Shown: positions 49,572 through 58,718 of the stretch, one piece after another | Numbering within the stretch: the first letter of the stretch is position 1 | Layout: every line of letters starts with the position of its first letter | Assembly: GCA_963770565.1 (NCBI GenBank) | Contig: CAVYQE010000001.1 | Location: forward strand, 1,312,001 to 1,376,000 | Direction of reading: 5' to 3' | Origin: an uncultured Actinomycetota bacterium | GTDB taxonomy: Bacteria; Actinomycetota; Actinomycetes; JAFAQI01 | DNA: 64,000 nucleotides | Notes under the pieces: model-generated | What the model was told of the DNA's origin: nothing | Seen by the model: the letters and a program-made list of their open reading frames with translations, nothing else | Database searches by the model: none | Made by a program: the position numbers and the translations under genes

Positions 49572-50651
49572 ATGGGCCTTGATTTCAGCGTCGAGCCGAC
49601 GCCGACTCCGACCTCGCCCGAGCGGCTCGCCGAGATCTTCGCGGCGCCCGGGTTCGGCCAGTCGTTCACCGACCACATGGTCAGCGTGCGGTGGACGACC
49701 GAGCGCGGTTGGCACGACGCCCGGGTACACCCGTACGGCCCGCTGCAGTTCGACCCGGCGACGCACATCTTCCACTACGGGCAGTCGATCTTCGAGGGAT
49801 TCAAGGCCTACCTGCAGCCGGACGGCAGCATCGCCACCTTTCGGCCGGAGATCAACGGTCGGCGCTTCCAGCACTCGGCCGAGCGGCTTGCCCTGCCGAC
49901 CCTCGACGTCGACGACTTCGTCGCCGCCGCGGATGCATTGCTCCGCCAGGACGCCGCGTGGGTGCCGACCGGACCGGACGACAGCCTTTACATCCGCCCG
50001 TTCATGGTCGCGACCGAGGTCGGGCTCGGCGTGCGGCCGGCCTCGGACGTGACGTTCATGGTGATCGCGTCGCCGGCCGGTCCGTATTTTGCGAAGGGGT
50101 CGAAGCAGGTCGCGATCTGGCTGTCCGAGGACTACACCCGCGCGGCGCCCGGCGGCACCGGCGCGGCGAAGTGCGGTGGCAACTACGCGGCCAGCCTGGT
50201 CGCGCAGCAGGAGGCGATCGCCAACGGTTGCGAGCAGGTGCTGTTCCTCGACGCGGTCGAGCGTCGGTGGGTGGAGGAGCTCGGCGGGATGAACCTCTGG
50301 CTCGTCCTCGACAACGGCACGGTCGTGACACCGGAGCTGACCGGGACGATTCTGGAGGGCGTCACCCGCGACACCATCAAGATGCTGGCCGCGGAGCAGG
50401 GGCGAGCGGTTGAGGAGCGCCGGGTCGACATCGACGAGTGGCGCAAGGGCGTCGCCGAAGGCGCGATCTCCGAGGTGTTTGCCTGCGGCACCGCGGCCGT
50501 CATCACCTCGGTCGGAACGCTGCGCTGGCACGACGGCGAGGTCACCATGCCGGCCGAGACACCGGTCGCCGACACGCTGCGGACCACGTTGGTCGACCTC
50601 CAGCACGGCCGGATCTCGGACCCACACGGCTGGATGCACACGGTCCGATGA
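49572..50651 (+). CDS. ilvE: Branched-chain amino acid aminotransferase
   Basis: HYGQSIFEGFKAY, LYIRP, AKCGGNYAAS, EELGGMN, ILEGVTR, FACGTAAVI. Confidence 0.96.
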   Translation: MGLDFSVEPTPTPTSPERLAEIFAAPGFGQSFTDHMVSVRWTTERGWHDARVHPYGPLQFDPATHIFHYGQSIFEGFKAYLQPDGSIATFRPEINGRRFQHSAERLALPTLDVDDFVAAADALLRQDAAWVPTGPDDSLYIRPFMVATEVGLGVRPASDVTFMVIASPAGPYFAKGSKQVAIWLSEDYTRAAPGGTGAAKCGGNYAASLVAQQEAIANGCEQVLFLDAVERRWVEELGGMNLWLVLDNGTVVTPELTGTILEGVTRDTIKMLAAEQGRAVEERRVDIDEWRKGVAEGAISEVFACGTAAVITSVGTLRWHDGEVTMPAETPVADTLRTTLVDLQHGRISDPHGWMHTVR

Positions 50652-50666
50652 GATGCCGGGCCAAGA

Positions 50667-50747
50667 AAGCAATGTCACATTGCCCCCACAAATCGTGGGG
50701 TGGTGTCACATTGCCCCCACGAAGTGTGGGGCAATGTGACATTGCTT
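50667..50747. repeat. Nested palindromic (REP-like) repeat cluster
   Basis: AAGCAATGTCACATTGCCCC at the left, its reverse complement GGGGCAATGTGACATTGCTT at the right, and a third TGTCACATTGCCCCCAC copy in the middle. Confidence 0.8.
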
Positions 50748-50797
50748 GGGCTGCCGGGCTTGACCTGGCGGTGCGATCTGCCGAACACTGGACCGTG

Positions 50798-50836
50798 ATG
50801 AGTTTCACCACGATCATTTGCGAGCGCGTCGGCTAG
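50798..50836 (+). CDS. cimA leader peptide MSFTTIICERVG
   Basis: Thr-Thr-Ile-Ile codons, TTGACC at 50760-50765 upstream, hairpin GCGCGTCGGCT/AGCCGACGCGC and a terminator downstream. Start could be GTG 50795. Confidence 0.72.
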   Translation: MSFTTIICERVG

Positions 50837-50854
50837 CACCACCAGCCGACGCGC

Positions 50855-50894
50855 AACCCCTCGCTGCCCGATCCGGGCCGGGGGGTTTTGCTTT
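50855..50894 (+). terminator. Attenuator terminator upstream of cimA
   Basis: AACCCCTCG...CGGGGGGTT stem with an inner CCCG/CGGG stem, followed by TTGCTTT. Confidence 0.7.
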
Positions 50895-50927
50895 GGAACA
50901 CCACCTGTTGGAATCGAAAGGAAGCCA

Positions 50928-52520
50928 GTGTCCAGCGCCACCGATCTGCACGTGTACGACACCACGCTGCGTGACGGCTCGCAGATGGAGGGCCTCTCGC
51001 TCTCGGTCGACGACAAGCTTGCCGTCGCCGCGCGCCTCGACGAGCTCGGCGTCGGATACATCGAAGGCGGCTGGCCCGGCGCGAACCCGAAGGACAAGGC
51101 GTTCTTCGAGCGTGCGGCAGCGGGCGACCTGACGCTTCAACACGCCGTACTGGCGGCCTTTGGTGCGACCCGCAAGGCCGGTGTAGTGGCCGCCGACGAC
51201 CCGCAGGTGCGGGCGTTGCTCGACGCGCAGACGCCGGTCGTCACGTTGGTCGCGAAGTCGCACACCGGACACGTCGAGCGGGCACTTCGTACGACGCTGG
51301 CCGAGAACCTTGCGATGGTCCGCGACACCGTGACATTCCTGCGGGCCGAGGGCCGCCGGGTCTTCCTCGACGCCGAGCACTTCTTCGACGGCTACCGGCT
51401 CGACCGCGACTACGCGCTCGCGGTGGTCGCCACTGCGGCGGAGGCCGGGGCGGAGGTCGTCGCGCTGTGCGACACCAACGGCGGCATGCTGCCCGGTCAG
51501 CTGGCCGACGTCGTCAACGCGGTCGTCGCCGACTACGCGGCGAGCGCGACCCGGATCGGCATTCACGCGCATGACGACACCTCGTGCGCGGTCGCGAACT
51601 CGCTCGCCGCCGTACAAGCCGGCGCGACCCACGTGCAGGGAACCGCAAACGGGTACGGCGAGCGGGCCGGCAATGCCGACCTGTTCGCGATCGTCGCCGG
51701 GCTGGAGCTCAAGCTCGATCGACCGGTTCTTCCGGAGGGCTCGCTCGCCGAGCTCGTCCGGGTCAGTCATGCCATCGCGGAGCTGGCGAACATCGCACCA
51801 GATGATCACCAGCCTTGGGTCGGCGCGAGCGCATTCGCCCACAAGGCGGGATTGCACGCGTCGGCGCTGAAGGTCGACCCCGACCTGTATCAGCACACCG
51901 ATCCGGCCATCGTCGGCAACGACATGCGGATCCTCGTCTCGGAGCTGGCCGGCCGGGCGAGTGTCGAGATGAAGGCCCGGGAGCTGAAGATCGACGTCGA
52001 CCGAGACGTGGTCGGACGCGTGATCGACCGGGTCAAGACGATGGAGGCGGAGGGGTACTCGTTCGAGGCAGCGGAGGCTTCGTTCGAGTTGCTCCTCCGC
52101 CAGGAGGTGGATCCGTCGCGTCCGCGGCCGTTCACGCTGGAGTCCTACCGGGTGATCAGCGACGGGCGATCCGACGGCGAGATGACGTCCGAGGCCACGG
52201 TCAAGATCCACGTCCGCGGCGAACGGATCGTATCGACCGGCGAGGGCAACGGGCCGGTCAACGCACTGGACATGGCGCTGCGGCAAGCCCTCGAGCGGTT
52301 CTACCCGACGCTCGGCGAGTTCGAGCTGGTCGACTACAAGGTCCGGATCCTCGAAGGCGCCCACGGTACGGGCGCGATCACCCGGGTCCTGGTCCGGACC
52401 TCCGATGGCCACCGCGAGTGGGACACCGTCGGTGTCAACGAGAACGTGATCGCGGCGTCATGGCAGGCCCTCGACGACGCCTACACGTTCGGCCTGCTGG
52501 CGGTCGCCGCCGCCGGGTGA
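50928..52520 (+). CDS. cimA: Citramalate synthase (LeuA-like DRE-TIM)
   Basis: YDTTLRDGSQMEG, EGGWPGANPKD, DAEHFFDG, LCDTNGG, SAFAHKAGLHASA, VSELAGRA, DYKVRIL. Distinct from the leuA at 43018. Confidence 0.88.
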   Translation: MSSATDLHVYDTTLRDGSQMEGLSLSVDDKLAVAARLDELGVGYIEGGWPGANPKDKAFFERAAAGDLTLQHAVLAAFGATRKAGVVAADDPQVRALLDAQTPVVTLVAKSHTGHVERALRTTLAENLAMVRDTVTFLRAEGRRVFLDAEHFFDGYRLDRDYALAVVATAAEAGAEVVALCDTNGGMLPGQLADVVNAVVADYAASATRIGIHAHDDTSCAVANSLAAVQAGATHVQGTANGYGERAGNADLFAIVAGLELKLDRPVLPEGSLAELVRVSHAIAELANIAPDDHQPWVGASAFAHKAGLHASALKVDPDLYQHTDPAIVGNDMRILVSELAGRASVEMKARELKIDVDRDVVGRVIDRVKTMEAEGYSFEAAEASFELLLRQEVDPSRPRPFTLESYRVISDGRSDGEMTSEATVKIHVRGERIVSTGEGNGPVNALDMALRQALERFYPTLGEFELVDYKVRILEGAHGTGAITRVLVRTSDGHREWDTVGVNENVIAASWQALDDAYTFGLLAVAAAG

Positions 52521-52539
52521 CCCCATACGCTTGGCGATC

Positions 52540-53487
52540 ATGAGCGACATGCGGATGCGCCGGCTGGGCACCTCGGGCCTCGTGGTGTCGGTGGTCGGCC
52601 TCGGGTGCAACAACTTCGGCCGGCGGATCGGGCTCGACCAGACCCGGGACGTGGTGCGGGCCGCGCTGGATGCGGGCGTCACGTTGTTCGACACCGCGGA
52701 TATCTACGGCGACTCCGAGGACCTTCTCGGCCAGGTGCTCGGTCCACAGCGCAACGACATCGTGCTCGCGACGAAGTTCGGCCTGCCGATGGGCGGGGCG
52801 CTCGGGCCCGACTGGGACGCCCGCGGATCCCGCCGCTACATCCGCAAGGCGGTCGAGTCGTCGCTTCGGCGGCTCAACACCGACTGGATCGATCTCTACC
52901 AGTTCCACACCCCGGATCCGGCCACGCCGATCGAGGAGACCCTCGCGGCCCTGCATGAGCTGGTGCTGGAGGGCAAGGTCCGCTACATCGGCTGCTCCAA
53001 CTTCGCCGGTTGGCAGGTCGCCGACGCCGACTGGATCGCGCGGTCCGGCGACCTGACGAGGTTCATCAGCGCGCAGAACCACTACAGCCTGATCGAGCGC
53101 GGGGTCGAGGCCGAGTTGACACCGGCCTGCGAGCGGTTCGGGCTCGGCATCCTGCCGTACTTCCCGCTCGCCAACGGCCTGCTGACCGGCAAGTACCGGC
53201 GCGGCGAAGCGGCGCCGGAGGGCACCCGGCTGGCCAGTCGCGAGGGCTGGCTGACCGATCAGCGCTTCGACCAGGTCGAGGCACTTCAGCGGTACGCCGA
53301 CGAACGCAGGCTCAGCATGCTCGACGTTGCGATCGGCGGCCTGGCCGCGCAACCCGCGGTCGGCTCGGTCATCGCGGGCGCGACGAAGCCGGAACAGGTG
53401 GTCGCCAACGTGGCGGCCGGGGGCTGGGTGCCGAGCGCGAACGATCTCGACGCACTGAACGCGCTCGCGTTCGCGTCCGCTGGCTAG
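52540..53487 (+). CDS. Aldo/keto reductase
   Basis: GLGCNNFG, FDTADIYG, ATKFG, IDLYQFH, GKVRYIGCSN, PYFPLANGLLTGKY. Confidence 0.93.
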   Translation: MSDMRMRRLGTSGLVVSVVGLGCNNFGRRIGLDQTRDVVRAALDAGVTLFDTADIYGDSEDLLGQVLGPQRNDIVLATKFGLPMGGALGPDWDARGSRRYIRKAVESSLRRLNTDWIDLYQFHTPDPATPIEETLAALHELVLEGKVRYIGCSNFAGWQVADADWIARSGDLTRFISAQNHYSLIERGVEAELTPACERFGLGILPYFPLANGLLTGKYRRGEAAPEGTRLASREGWLTDQRFDQVEALQRYADERRLSMLDVAIGGLAAQPAVGSVIAGATKPEQVVANVAAGGWVPSANDLDALNALAFASAG

Positions 53488-53497
53488 GCTGGCTTGG

Positions 53498-54256
53498 GTG
53501 CGGATTGCCAGGTTCTCCTACGGCGAGGGTGTCGCCTTCGGGATCGTCGAGGACGACCTCGTCGTACCGATCGTCGGTCATCCGTTCGCGCCGATCGAGC
53601 GGACCGAGGTCAAGCTGGCCCGCGCGGAGCTCCGGCTGCTCGCGCCGGTCCTGCCGAGCAAGGTGGTGGCGATCGGGAAGAACTACGCGTCGCATGCCGC
53701 CGAGATGGGCGGCGACGTCCCCGAGCAGCCGCTGATCTTCCTCAAGCCGTCGACCTCGGTGATCGCCGATCGCGACGCGATCGCCTCCCCGCCCTCGTCG
53801 GAGCGGGTCGATTTCGAGGGCGAGCTGGCCGTCGTCATCAGCCGGTTGTGTCGTGACGTGCCGGTCGAGCGGGCGATGGACGTCGTGCTCGGCTACACCT
53901 GCGCCAATGACGTCACGGCGCGCGACCAGCAGCGCAGCGACGGCCAATGGTCGCGGGCCAAGGGCTACGACACGTTCTGTCCGCTCGGGCCGTGGATCGA
54001 GACCGAGGTCGACCCGGCCGACCTCGCGATCTCGACGACCCTGAACGGCGAGGTCAAACAACAGTCGCGGACCTCGTTGCTCGTGCACAAGATCCCCGAA
54101 CTGATCGCCTACATCACTGCATGCATGACCCTGCTGCCCGGTGACGTGATCCTGACCGGTACGCCGGACGGCGTCGGCCCGATGCTGGTCGGCGACGAGG
54201 TAACTGTCGAGATCGAAGGCATCGGCACGCTGACGAACCCGGTTGTCGCGCGATGA
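53498..54256 (+). CDS. Fumarylacetoacetate hydrolase family protein
   Basis: GKNYASHAAE, FLKPST, EGELAVVI, NDVTARD, KGYDTFCPLGP, GDVILTGTP. Confidence 0.92.
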   Translation: MRIARFSYGEGVAFGIVEDDLVVPIVGHPFAPIERTEVKLARAELRLLAPVLPSKVVAIGKNYASHAAEMGGDVPEQPLIFLKPSTSVIADRDAIASPPSSERVDFEGELAVVISRLCRDVPVERAMDVVLGYTCANDVTARDQQRSDGQWSRAKGYDTFCPLGPWIETEVDPADLAISTTLNGEVKQQSRTSLLVHKIPELIAYITACMTLLPGDVILTGTPDGVGPMLVGDEVTVEIEGIGTLTNPVVAR

Positions 54257-55677
54257 CGGTACGCCTGCGGGTCGCGCCGTCACCGACCGGCGACCCGCAC
54301 GTCGGTACGGCGTACATGTCGTTGTTCAACCTTGCCTTTGCGCGGCACGAGGGCGGCAGCTTCATCCTGCGGGTGGAGGACACCGACCGGGCCAGGTTCC
54401 AGGCCGACAGCGAGCAGCAGGTCTACGACACGTTGCACTGGCTCGGGCTCAACTGGGACGAGGGCCCGGACATCGGCGGCCCGCACGCGCCGTACCGGCA
54501 GTCGGAGCGCCTCGAGACCTACCGACCGGTTGCCGACGAGCTGCTCGCCTCGGGTCGGGCGTACCTGTGCTGGTGCACGTCGGAGCGGCTCGCCGAGATG
54601 CGCGAGGCGCAGCAGAAGGCCAAGCGGCCGACCGGCTATGACCGCTTGTGTTTCGGCAAGACCCGCGAGGAGCGGGCCGCGCTGCGCGGTTTCGCTGACG
54701 TCCCAGTCGTCCGGATGCTGGTGCCGGATGACGTGCCGCTGCAATTCTTCGACCTGATCCGGGGCGAGGTCAACGCGCCTCGCCCTGACGACCAAGTGCT
54801 GATGAAGGCGGACGGGTACCCGACCTACCACCTGGCGAACGTTGTCGACGACCACACGATGGGCATCACGCACGTGGTGCGCGGCGAGGAGTGGATCGCC
54901 TCCACGCCGAAGCACCTGCTGCTTTATGACTGGATGGGCTGGCAGCGACCCGCGTTCGCGCACATGCCGTTGCTGCGCAACGCGGACAAGTCGAAGATCT
55001 CGAAGCGGAAGAACCCGGCCGCCCGGCTGACCTGGTTCGTGGAGCAGGGTTTCCTGCCCGAGGCGTTGCGCAACTTCCTCGGGCTGATGGGCTATTCGCT
55101 GCCCGACGGCCAGGAGATCTTCACCTTCGAGGTGATGGTCGAGACCTTCGACTGGTCGCGGGTGAACGCGGCCGGGCCGGTCTTCGACGTCGAGAAGCTG
55201 CGCTGGCTGTCCGGGCACTACATCCGGTCGCTCGACCTTGCCGACTTTGCGCAGCGACTCGTCGACTTCATGGGCGTGGTGGGCGAGCAGGCAGATCTGA
55301 TCCGCCGCGCCGCGCCGCTGGTCCAGGAGCGCGTGTCGACGTTGCTCGAGTCGGCCGAGATGCTGCAGTTCCTCATCGTGGGGGAGTCCTTTGCCGTGGA
55401 CCCCGACGCGGCCGCCAAACAGCTCGGCGAGTCGGCGCGGCCGGCGCTCAAGGCGAGCCTGTCGGCTCTGGAGGATCTCGGCTCGTTCGACCACGCCGAT
55501 ATCGAGGCGGCCCTGCGCGGCGCGTTGGTGGACGGCCTCGGGCTCAAGGCGAGTAAGGCGTTCGGGCCGCTCCGGGTCGCGGTCACCGGCGTCACCGTGT
55601 CGCCGCCACTGTTCGAGTCGATCGAACTGCTCGGCCCCGAAACAACGCTGGCCAGGCTGCGCGCGGCGCTGGGTTAG
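54253..55677 (+). CDS. gltX: Glutamate--tRNA ligase
   Basis: APSPTGDPHVGT (HIGH), RVEDTD, PTYHLANVVDD, RGEEW, KISKR. Confidence 0.96.
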   Translation: MTVRLRVAPSPTGDPHVGTAYMSLFNLAFARHEGGSFILRVEDTDRARFQADSEQQVYDTLHWLGLNWDEGPDIGGPHAPYRQSERLETYRPVADELLASGRAYLCWCTSERLAEMREAQQKAKRPTGYDRLCFGKTREERAALRGFADVPVVRMLVPDDVPLQFFDLIRGEVNAPRPDDQVLMKADGYPTYHLANVVDDHTMGITHVVRGEEWIASTPKHLLLYDWMGWQRPAFAHMPLLRNADKSKISKRKNPAARLTWFVEQGFLPEALRNFLGLMGYSLPDGQEIFTFEVMVETFDWSRVNAAGPVFDVEKLRWLSGHYIRSLDLADFAQRLVDFMGVVGEQADLIRRAAPLVQERVSTLLESAEMLQFLIVGESFAVDPDAAAKQLGESARPALKASLSALEDLGSFDHADIEAALRGALVDGLGLKASKAFGPLRVAVTGVTVSPPLFESIELLGPETTLARLRAALG

Positions 55678-55706
55678 AGTGGTCACCGCTCCTGCGAGGG
55701 AGCGTT

Positions 55707-55778
55707 TGGGGTATGGGGTAATTGGCAGCCCGGCTGATTCTGGTTCAGCTAGTCTAGGTTCGAGTCCTGGTACCCCAG
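55707..55778 (+). tRNA. tRNA-Gln (CTG)
   Basis: TGGGGTA/TACCCCA acceptor stem, GCTGA-TTCTGGT-TCAGC anticodon arm, GGTTCGAGTCC T arm. CCA not encoded. Confidence 0.96.
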
Positions 55779-55799
55779 CGACCAACTGTTGTTGTGCAA

Positions 55800-55872
55800 G
55801 GCCCCGTCGTCTAGCGGCCTAGGACACCGCCCTCTCAAGGCGGCGGCGCCGGTTCAAATCCGGTCGGGGCTA
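55800..55872 (+). tRNA. tRNA-Glu (CTC)
   Basis: GGCCCCG/CGGGGCT acceptor stem, CCGCC-CTCTCAA-GGCGG anticodon arm, GGTTCAAATCC T arm. CCA not encoded. Confidence 0.96.
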
Positions 55873-56446
55873 CGGTTTCTTGATCATCTTTTTCTAGTTT
55901 TGCGAGGCGGTCCGGGGCGTATCGCCGGAGGATTTCGACCGCCCACTCGACCTTGTCCTCCGTTCGCTGGCCGGATGGCTGCCAGCGAGACCAAAGCTCG
56001 AGGTTCTCCAACCGGTTGTCGAGGCGGTTGCCGTTCTTGTGATGGACGGACTCGTCGGGTCGAAGCGCTCGGCCGAGGTGGCGGGCCATTACCAAGCGGT
56101 GCTCGGTCGTCGAGGAGTCTCCCGCCGAAAGATGACGGAGGTGTGGCGGCACGGGCACCACGAGATAGCCGCGGTTGACGTAACCAGTCCCTGAGACCTC
56201 CCGGACCGGCTTGTCCGCCTGAACGTCACCGAACTTCCGCATCCGCGCGGCGTGGGATTCGCAGAGTTGACGCTTCGCCGCGGGCCGCTTGCACCCCTCG
56301 ACTCTGCATGAGCTGTTGACGCGCCGACCGATCGGGCGATCTGCCTGGACGTCGCCGAGTCGCAGCCAGCGAAGCAAATGAGCATGGCACCAGCCGCGAC
56401 CCTCGGCCTCGCGGCCGCAACCTTCGACGGAACATTTCTTCGGCAT
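55835..56446 (-). CDS. Free-standing HNH endonuclease with two N-terminal C-x4-C-x9-C-x2-H repeats
   Basis: CSVEGC...GWCHAH...GDVQAD repeated as CRVEGC...QLCESH...GDVQAD. Then EHRLVMARHLGR.L...E.VHHKNGNRLDNRLENLELW. GGAGG RBS. Confidence 0.85.
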   Translation of the reverse strand: MPKKCSVEGCGREAEGRGWCHAHLLRWLRLGDVQADRPIGRRVNSSCRVEGCKRPAAKRQLCESHAARMRKFGDVQADKPVREVSGTGYVNRGYLVVPVPPHLRHLSAGDSSTTEHRLVMARHLGRALRPDESVHHKNGNRLDNRLENLELWSRWQPSGQRTEDKVEWAVEILRRYAPDRLAKLEKDDQETVAPTGFEPAPPP

Positions 56447-56464
56447 GAATTCCCTCCGCGATCA

Positions 56465-56486
56465 ACGATGCTCGAGGGCACCGACG
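56465..56486 (-). promoter_or_regulatory. RecA-NDp-like promoter of the HNH gene
   Basis: Minus strand CGTCGG-TGCCCTCGAG-CATCGT: correct N10 spacing, two mismatches to TGTCGG-N10-TANNNT. Confidence 0.5.
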
Positions 56487-56552
56487 AGATCGGTCGCGGT
56501 GCGATCCGCCTGTGGAAAGCCGCGGTCCGGTGTGGGCCGGACCGCGAAGGGG

Positions 56553-57263
56553 CTATCGCCGTAGCGCGGTCGACAGCGCGTGCCCGGCTGCCATCACCGC
56601 TTCGGCGTGCAGCCGGCCGGGGCTGCGGGTGAGCCGGTCGATCGGACCCGACACCGACACCGCGGCGACCGCCCGGCCGTCGTGGCCGAACACCGGCGCC
56701 GACACCGACGCCACCCCGGCCTCGCGCTCGGCCACGCTCGCCGCCCAGCCGCGCCGCCGCACCGTCGCCAGCGTCGCGGCGCTGAATCGCGCCTCGTCCA
56801 TCAGGCTTGCCACGTCATCGATCGGCTCCCAGGCGAGCAGCACCTGCGCCGCCGATCCCGCGGTCATCGGCAGGTCGGCGCCGACCGGCACGGTGTCCCG
56901 CAGGCCGCTGGCGCGCTCGGCTGCCGCGATGCAGCGCCGGATCGTCCCGACCCGGCGATACAACTGCGCGCTCTCGTGGGTGTCCTGGCACAGTTGCTCG
57001 AGGACTGGTCCGGCAGCCCGCTCGAGTGAGCCGTTCCGGCCCGGTCCGGCCAGCTCCGCGAGCCGCGGACCCAGCGCAAATCGGCCGTCCGCGTCGCGCT
57101 CGACGTACCGATGGGCTTCGAGGGCAACTGCGAGGCGGTACGCCGTCGGCCGCGACAGCCCGCTCCGGTCGACCAGCTCGGCGAGTGACGCCGGTCCAAC
57201 GGCAAGGCAGTCAAGGACGACTACCGCCTTGTCAAGAACGCCGACGCTGGTACGCTGTGTCAT
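56553..57263 (-). CDS. IclR-family regulator (NdgR/LtbR-like), divergent from leuCD
   Basis: SVGVLDKAV, GLSRPTAYRL HTH, LPMTAGSAAQVLLAW, GVASVSAPV, SVSGPIDR. Confidence 0.92.
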   Translation of the reverse strand: MTQRTSVGVLDKAVVVLDCLAVGPASLAELVDRSGLSRPTAYRLAVALEAHRYVERDADGRFALGPRLAELAGPGRNGSLERAAGPVLEQLCQDTHESAQLYRRVGTIRRCIAAAERASGLRDTVPVGADLPMTAGSAAQVLLAWEPIDDVASLMDEARFSAATLATVRRRGWAASVAEREAGVASVSAPVFGHDGRAVAAVSVSGPIDRLTRSPGRLHAEAVMAAGHALSTALRR

Positions 57264-57277
57264 ATCTCAATACTGCT

Positions 57278-57294
57278 GTATCAGTATATGAGAC
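57278..57294. promoter_or_regulatory. Candidate IclR operator
   Basis: GTATCAGTATATGAGAC near-palindrome between the divergent IclR and leuC starts. Confidence 0.55.
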
Positions 57295-57330
57295 GCAAGC
57301 ATTCGGGCCGATTGTGTTGAGGAGGCCGTC

Positions 57331-58701
57331 GTGAGTCAGACGTTGGCGGAGAAGGTCTGGGCCGCGCACCTGGTGCGGAGCGCGGCCGGTGAGCCCGACC
57401 TGCTTTACATCGACCTGCACCTCGTGCACGAGGTCACCAGTGCGCAGGCCTTCGACGGCCTGAGACTGAGCGACCGTTCGGTCCGGCGCCCCGAGCTCAC
57501 GCTCGCCACCGAGGATCACAACGTTCCGACCACGGTCGGCCCGATCGTCGACCCGGTCAGCCGGACCCAGGTCGAAACACTTCGGCGCAACTGCGAGGAG
57601 TTCGGCGTCCGGCTGTTCCCGATGGGTGACGACGGCCAGGGCATCGTTCACGTGATCGGCCCGCAGCTCGGCCTGACGCAGCCCGGCATGACGGTCGTGT
57701 GCGGCGACAGCCACACGAGCACGCACGGCGCGTTCGGCGCGCTGGCGTTCGGGATCGGGACGAGCGAGGTCGAGCACGTGCTCGCGACCCAGTCGCTGCC
57801 GTTGCAGCGCCCCAAGACGATGGCGGTCGAGGTTTCCGGCGCCCTGCCGGCCGGAGTGACCGCGAAGGATCTCGTCCTCGGCATCATCACTCAGATCGGC
57901 ACCGGCGGCGGCCAGGGCCACGTCATCGAATATCGCGGCGAGGCGATTCGCGGTCTGTCGATGGAGGGCCGGATGACGGTCTGCAACATGTCGATCGAGG
58001 CCGGCGCGCGGGCCGGCATGATCGCGCCCGATGCGACGACCTTCGACTACCTCAAGGGCCGGCCACACGCGCCACAGGGCAACGATTGGGACGCCGCGGT
58101 CGCGTACTGGCAGACGCTGGTCACCGACGACGACGCCCAGTTCGACAAGGTGGTGCACGTCGACGCGACGGCGCTGTCGCCCTGGGTCACCTGGGGGACC
58201 AACCCCGGTCAAGGGGCGCCGCTGTCCGGACATGTGCCGGATCCGAAGGATGCCTCGGACGAGCGGGCGCTGGCCTACATGGGCCTCGCGGCGGGCACGA
58301 TGCTTCGCGACGTCGCGGTCGACACGGTCTTCATCGGCTCGTGCACGAACGGTCGGCTCGAGGACCTGCGCGCGGCCGCCGACGTGCTGCGCGGCCAGCA
58401 GGTCGCGCCCGGCGTGCGGGTCCTCGTCGTACCCGGCTCGGTGGCGGTCAAGCACGACGCCGAGGCGGAGGGTCTGGACAAGGTGTTCGAGGCCGCGGGC
58501 GCGCAGTGGCGCGGCGCCGGTTGCTCGATGTGTCTGGGAATGAACCCCGACAAGCTCGACCCGGGTCAGCGCAGCGCCTCGACCTCCAACCGCAACTTCG
58601 AGGGCCGGCAGGGTCCGGGCGGCCGCACGCACCTGGTGTCGCCGCCGGTCGCGGCCGCAACCGCGATTACGGGTCGGCTGACCGCCCCGGCCGATCTGTA
58701 G
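57331..58701 (+). CDS. leuC: 3-isopropylmalate dehydratase large subunit
   Basis: [60 protein letters not shown]. Confidence 0.97.
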   Translation: MSQTLAEKVWAAHLVRSAAGEPDLLYIDLHLVHEVTSAQAFDGLRLSDRSVRRPELTLATEDHNVPTTVGPIVDPVSRTQVETLRRNCEEFGVRLFPMGDDGQGIVHVIGPQLGLTQPGMTVVCGDSHTSTHGAFGALAFGIGTSEVEHVLATQSLPLQRPKTMAVEVSGALPAGVTAKDLVLGIITQIGTGGGQGHVIEYRGEAIRGLSMEGRMTVCNMSIEAGARAGMIAPDATTFDYLKGRPHAPQGNDWDAAVAYWQTLVTDDDAQFDKVVHVDATALSPWVTWGTNPGQGAPLSGHVPDPKDASDERALAYMGLAAGTMLRDVAVDTVFIGSCTNGRLEDLRAAADVLRGQQVAPGVRVLVVPGSVAVKHDAEAEGLDKVFEAAGAQWRGAGCSMCLGMNPDKLDPGQRSASTSNRNFEGRQGPGGRTHLVSPPVAAATAITGRLTAPADL

Positions 58702-58718
58702 GAAGGAACCGAACCGCG

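Noticed and set aside
50928-52520. Second leuA copy
   Set aside because: Motifs (EGGWPGANPKD, DAEHFFDG) and the Ile-containing leader fit citramalate synthase better.
55707-56550. Prophage or genomic island integrated at tRNA-Glu
   Set aside because: No integrase, no duplicated tRNA 3' end found, and core genes resume within 700 bp.
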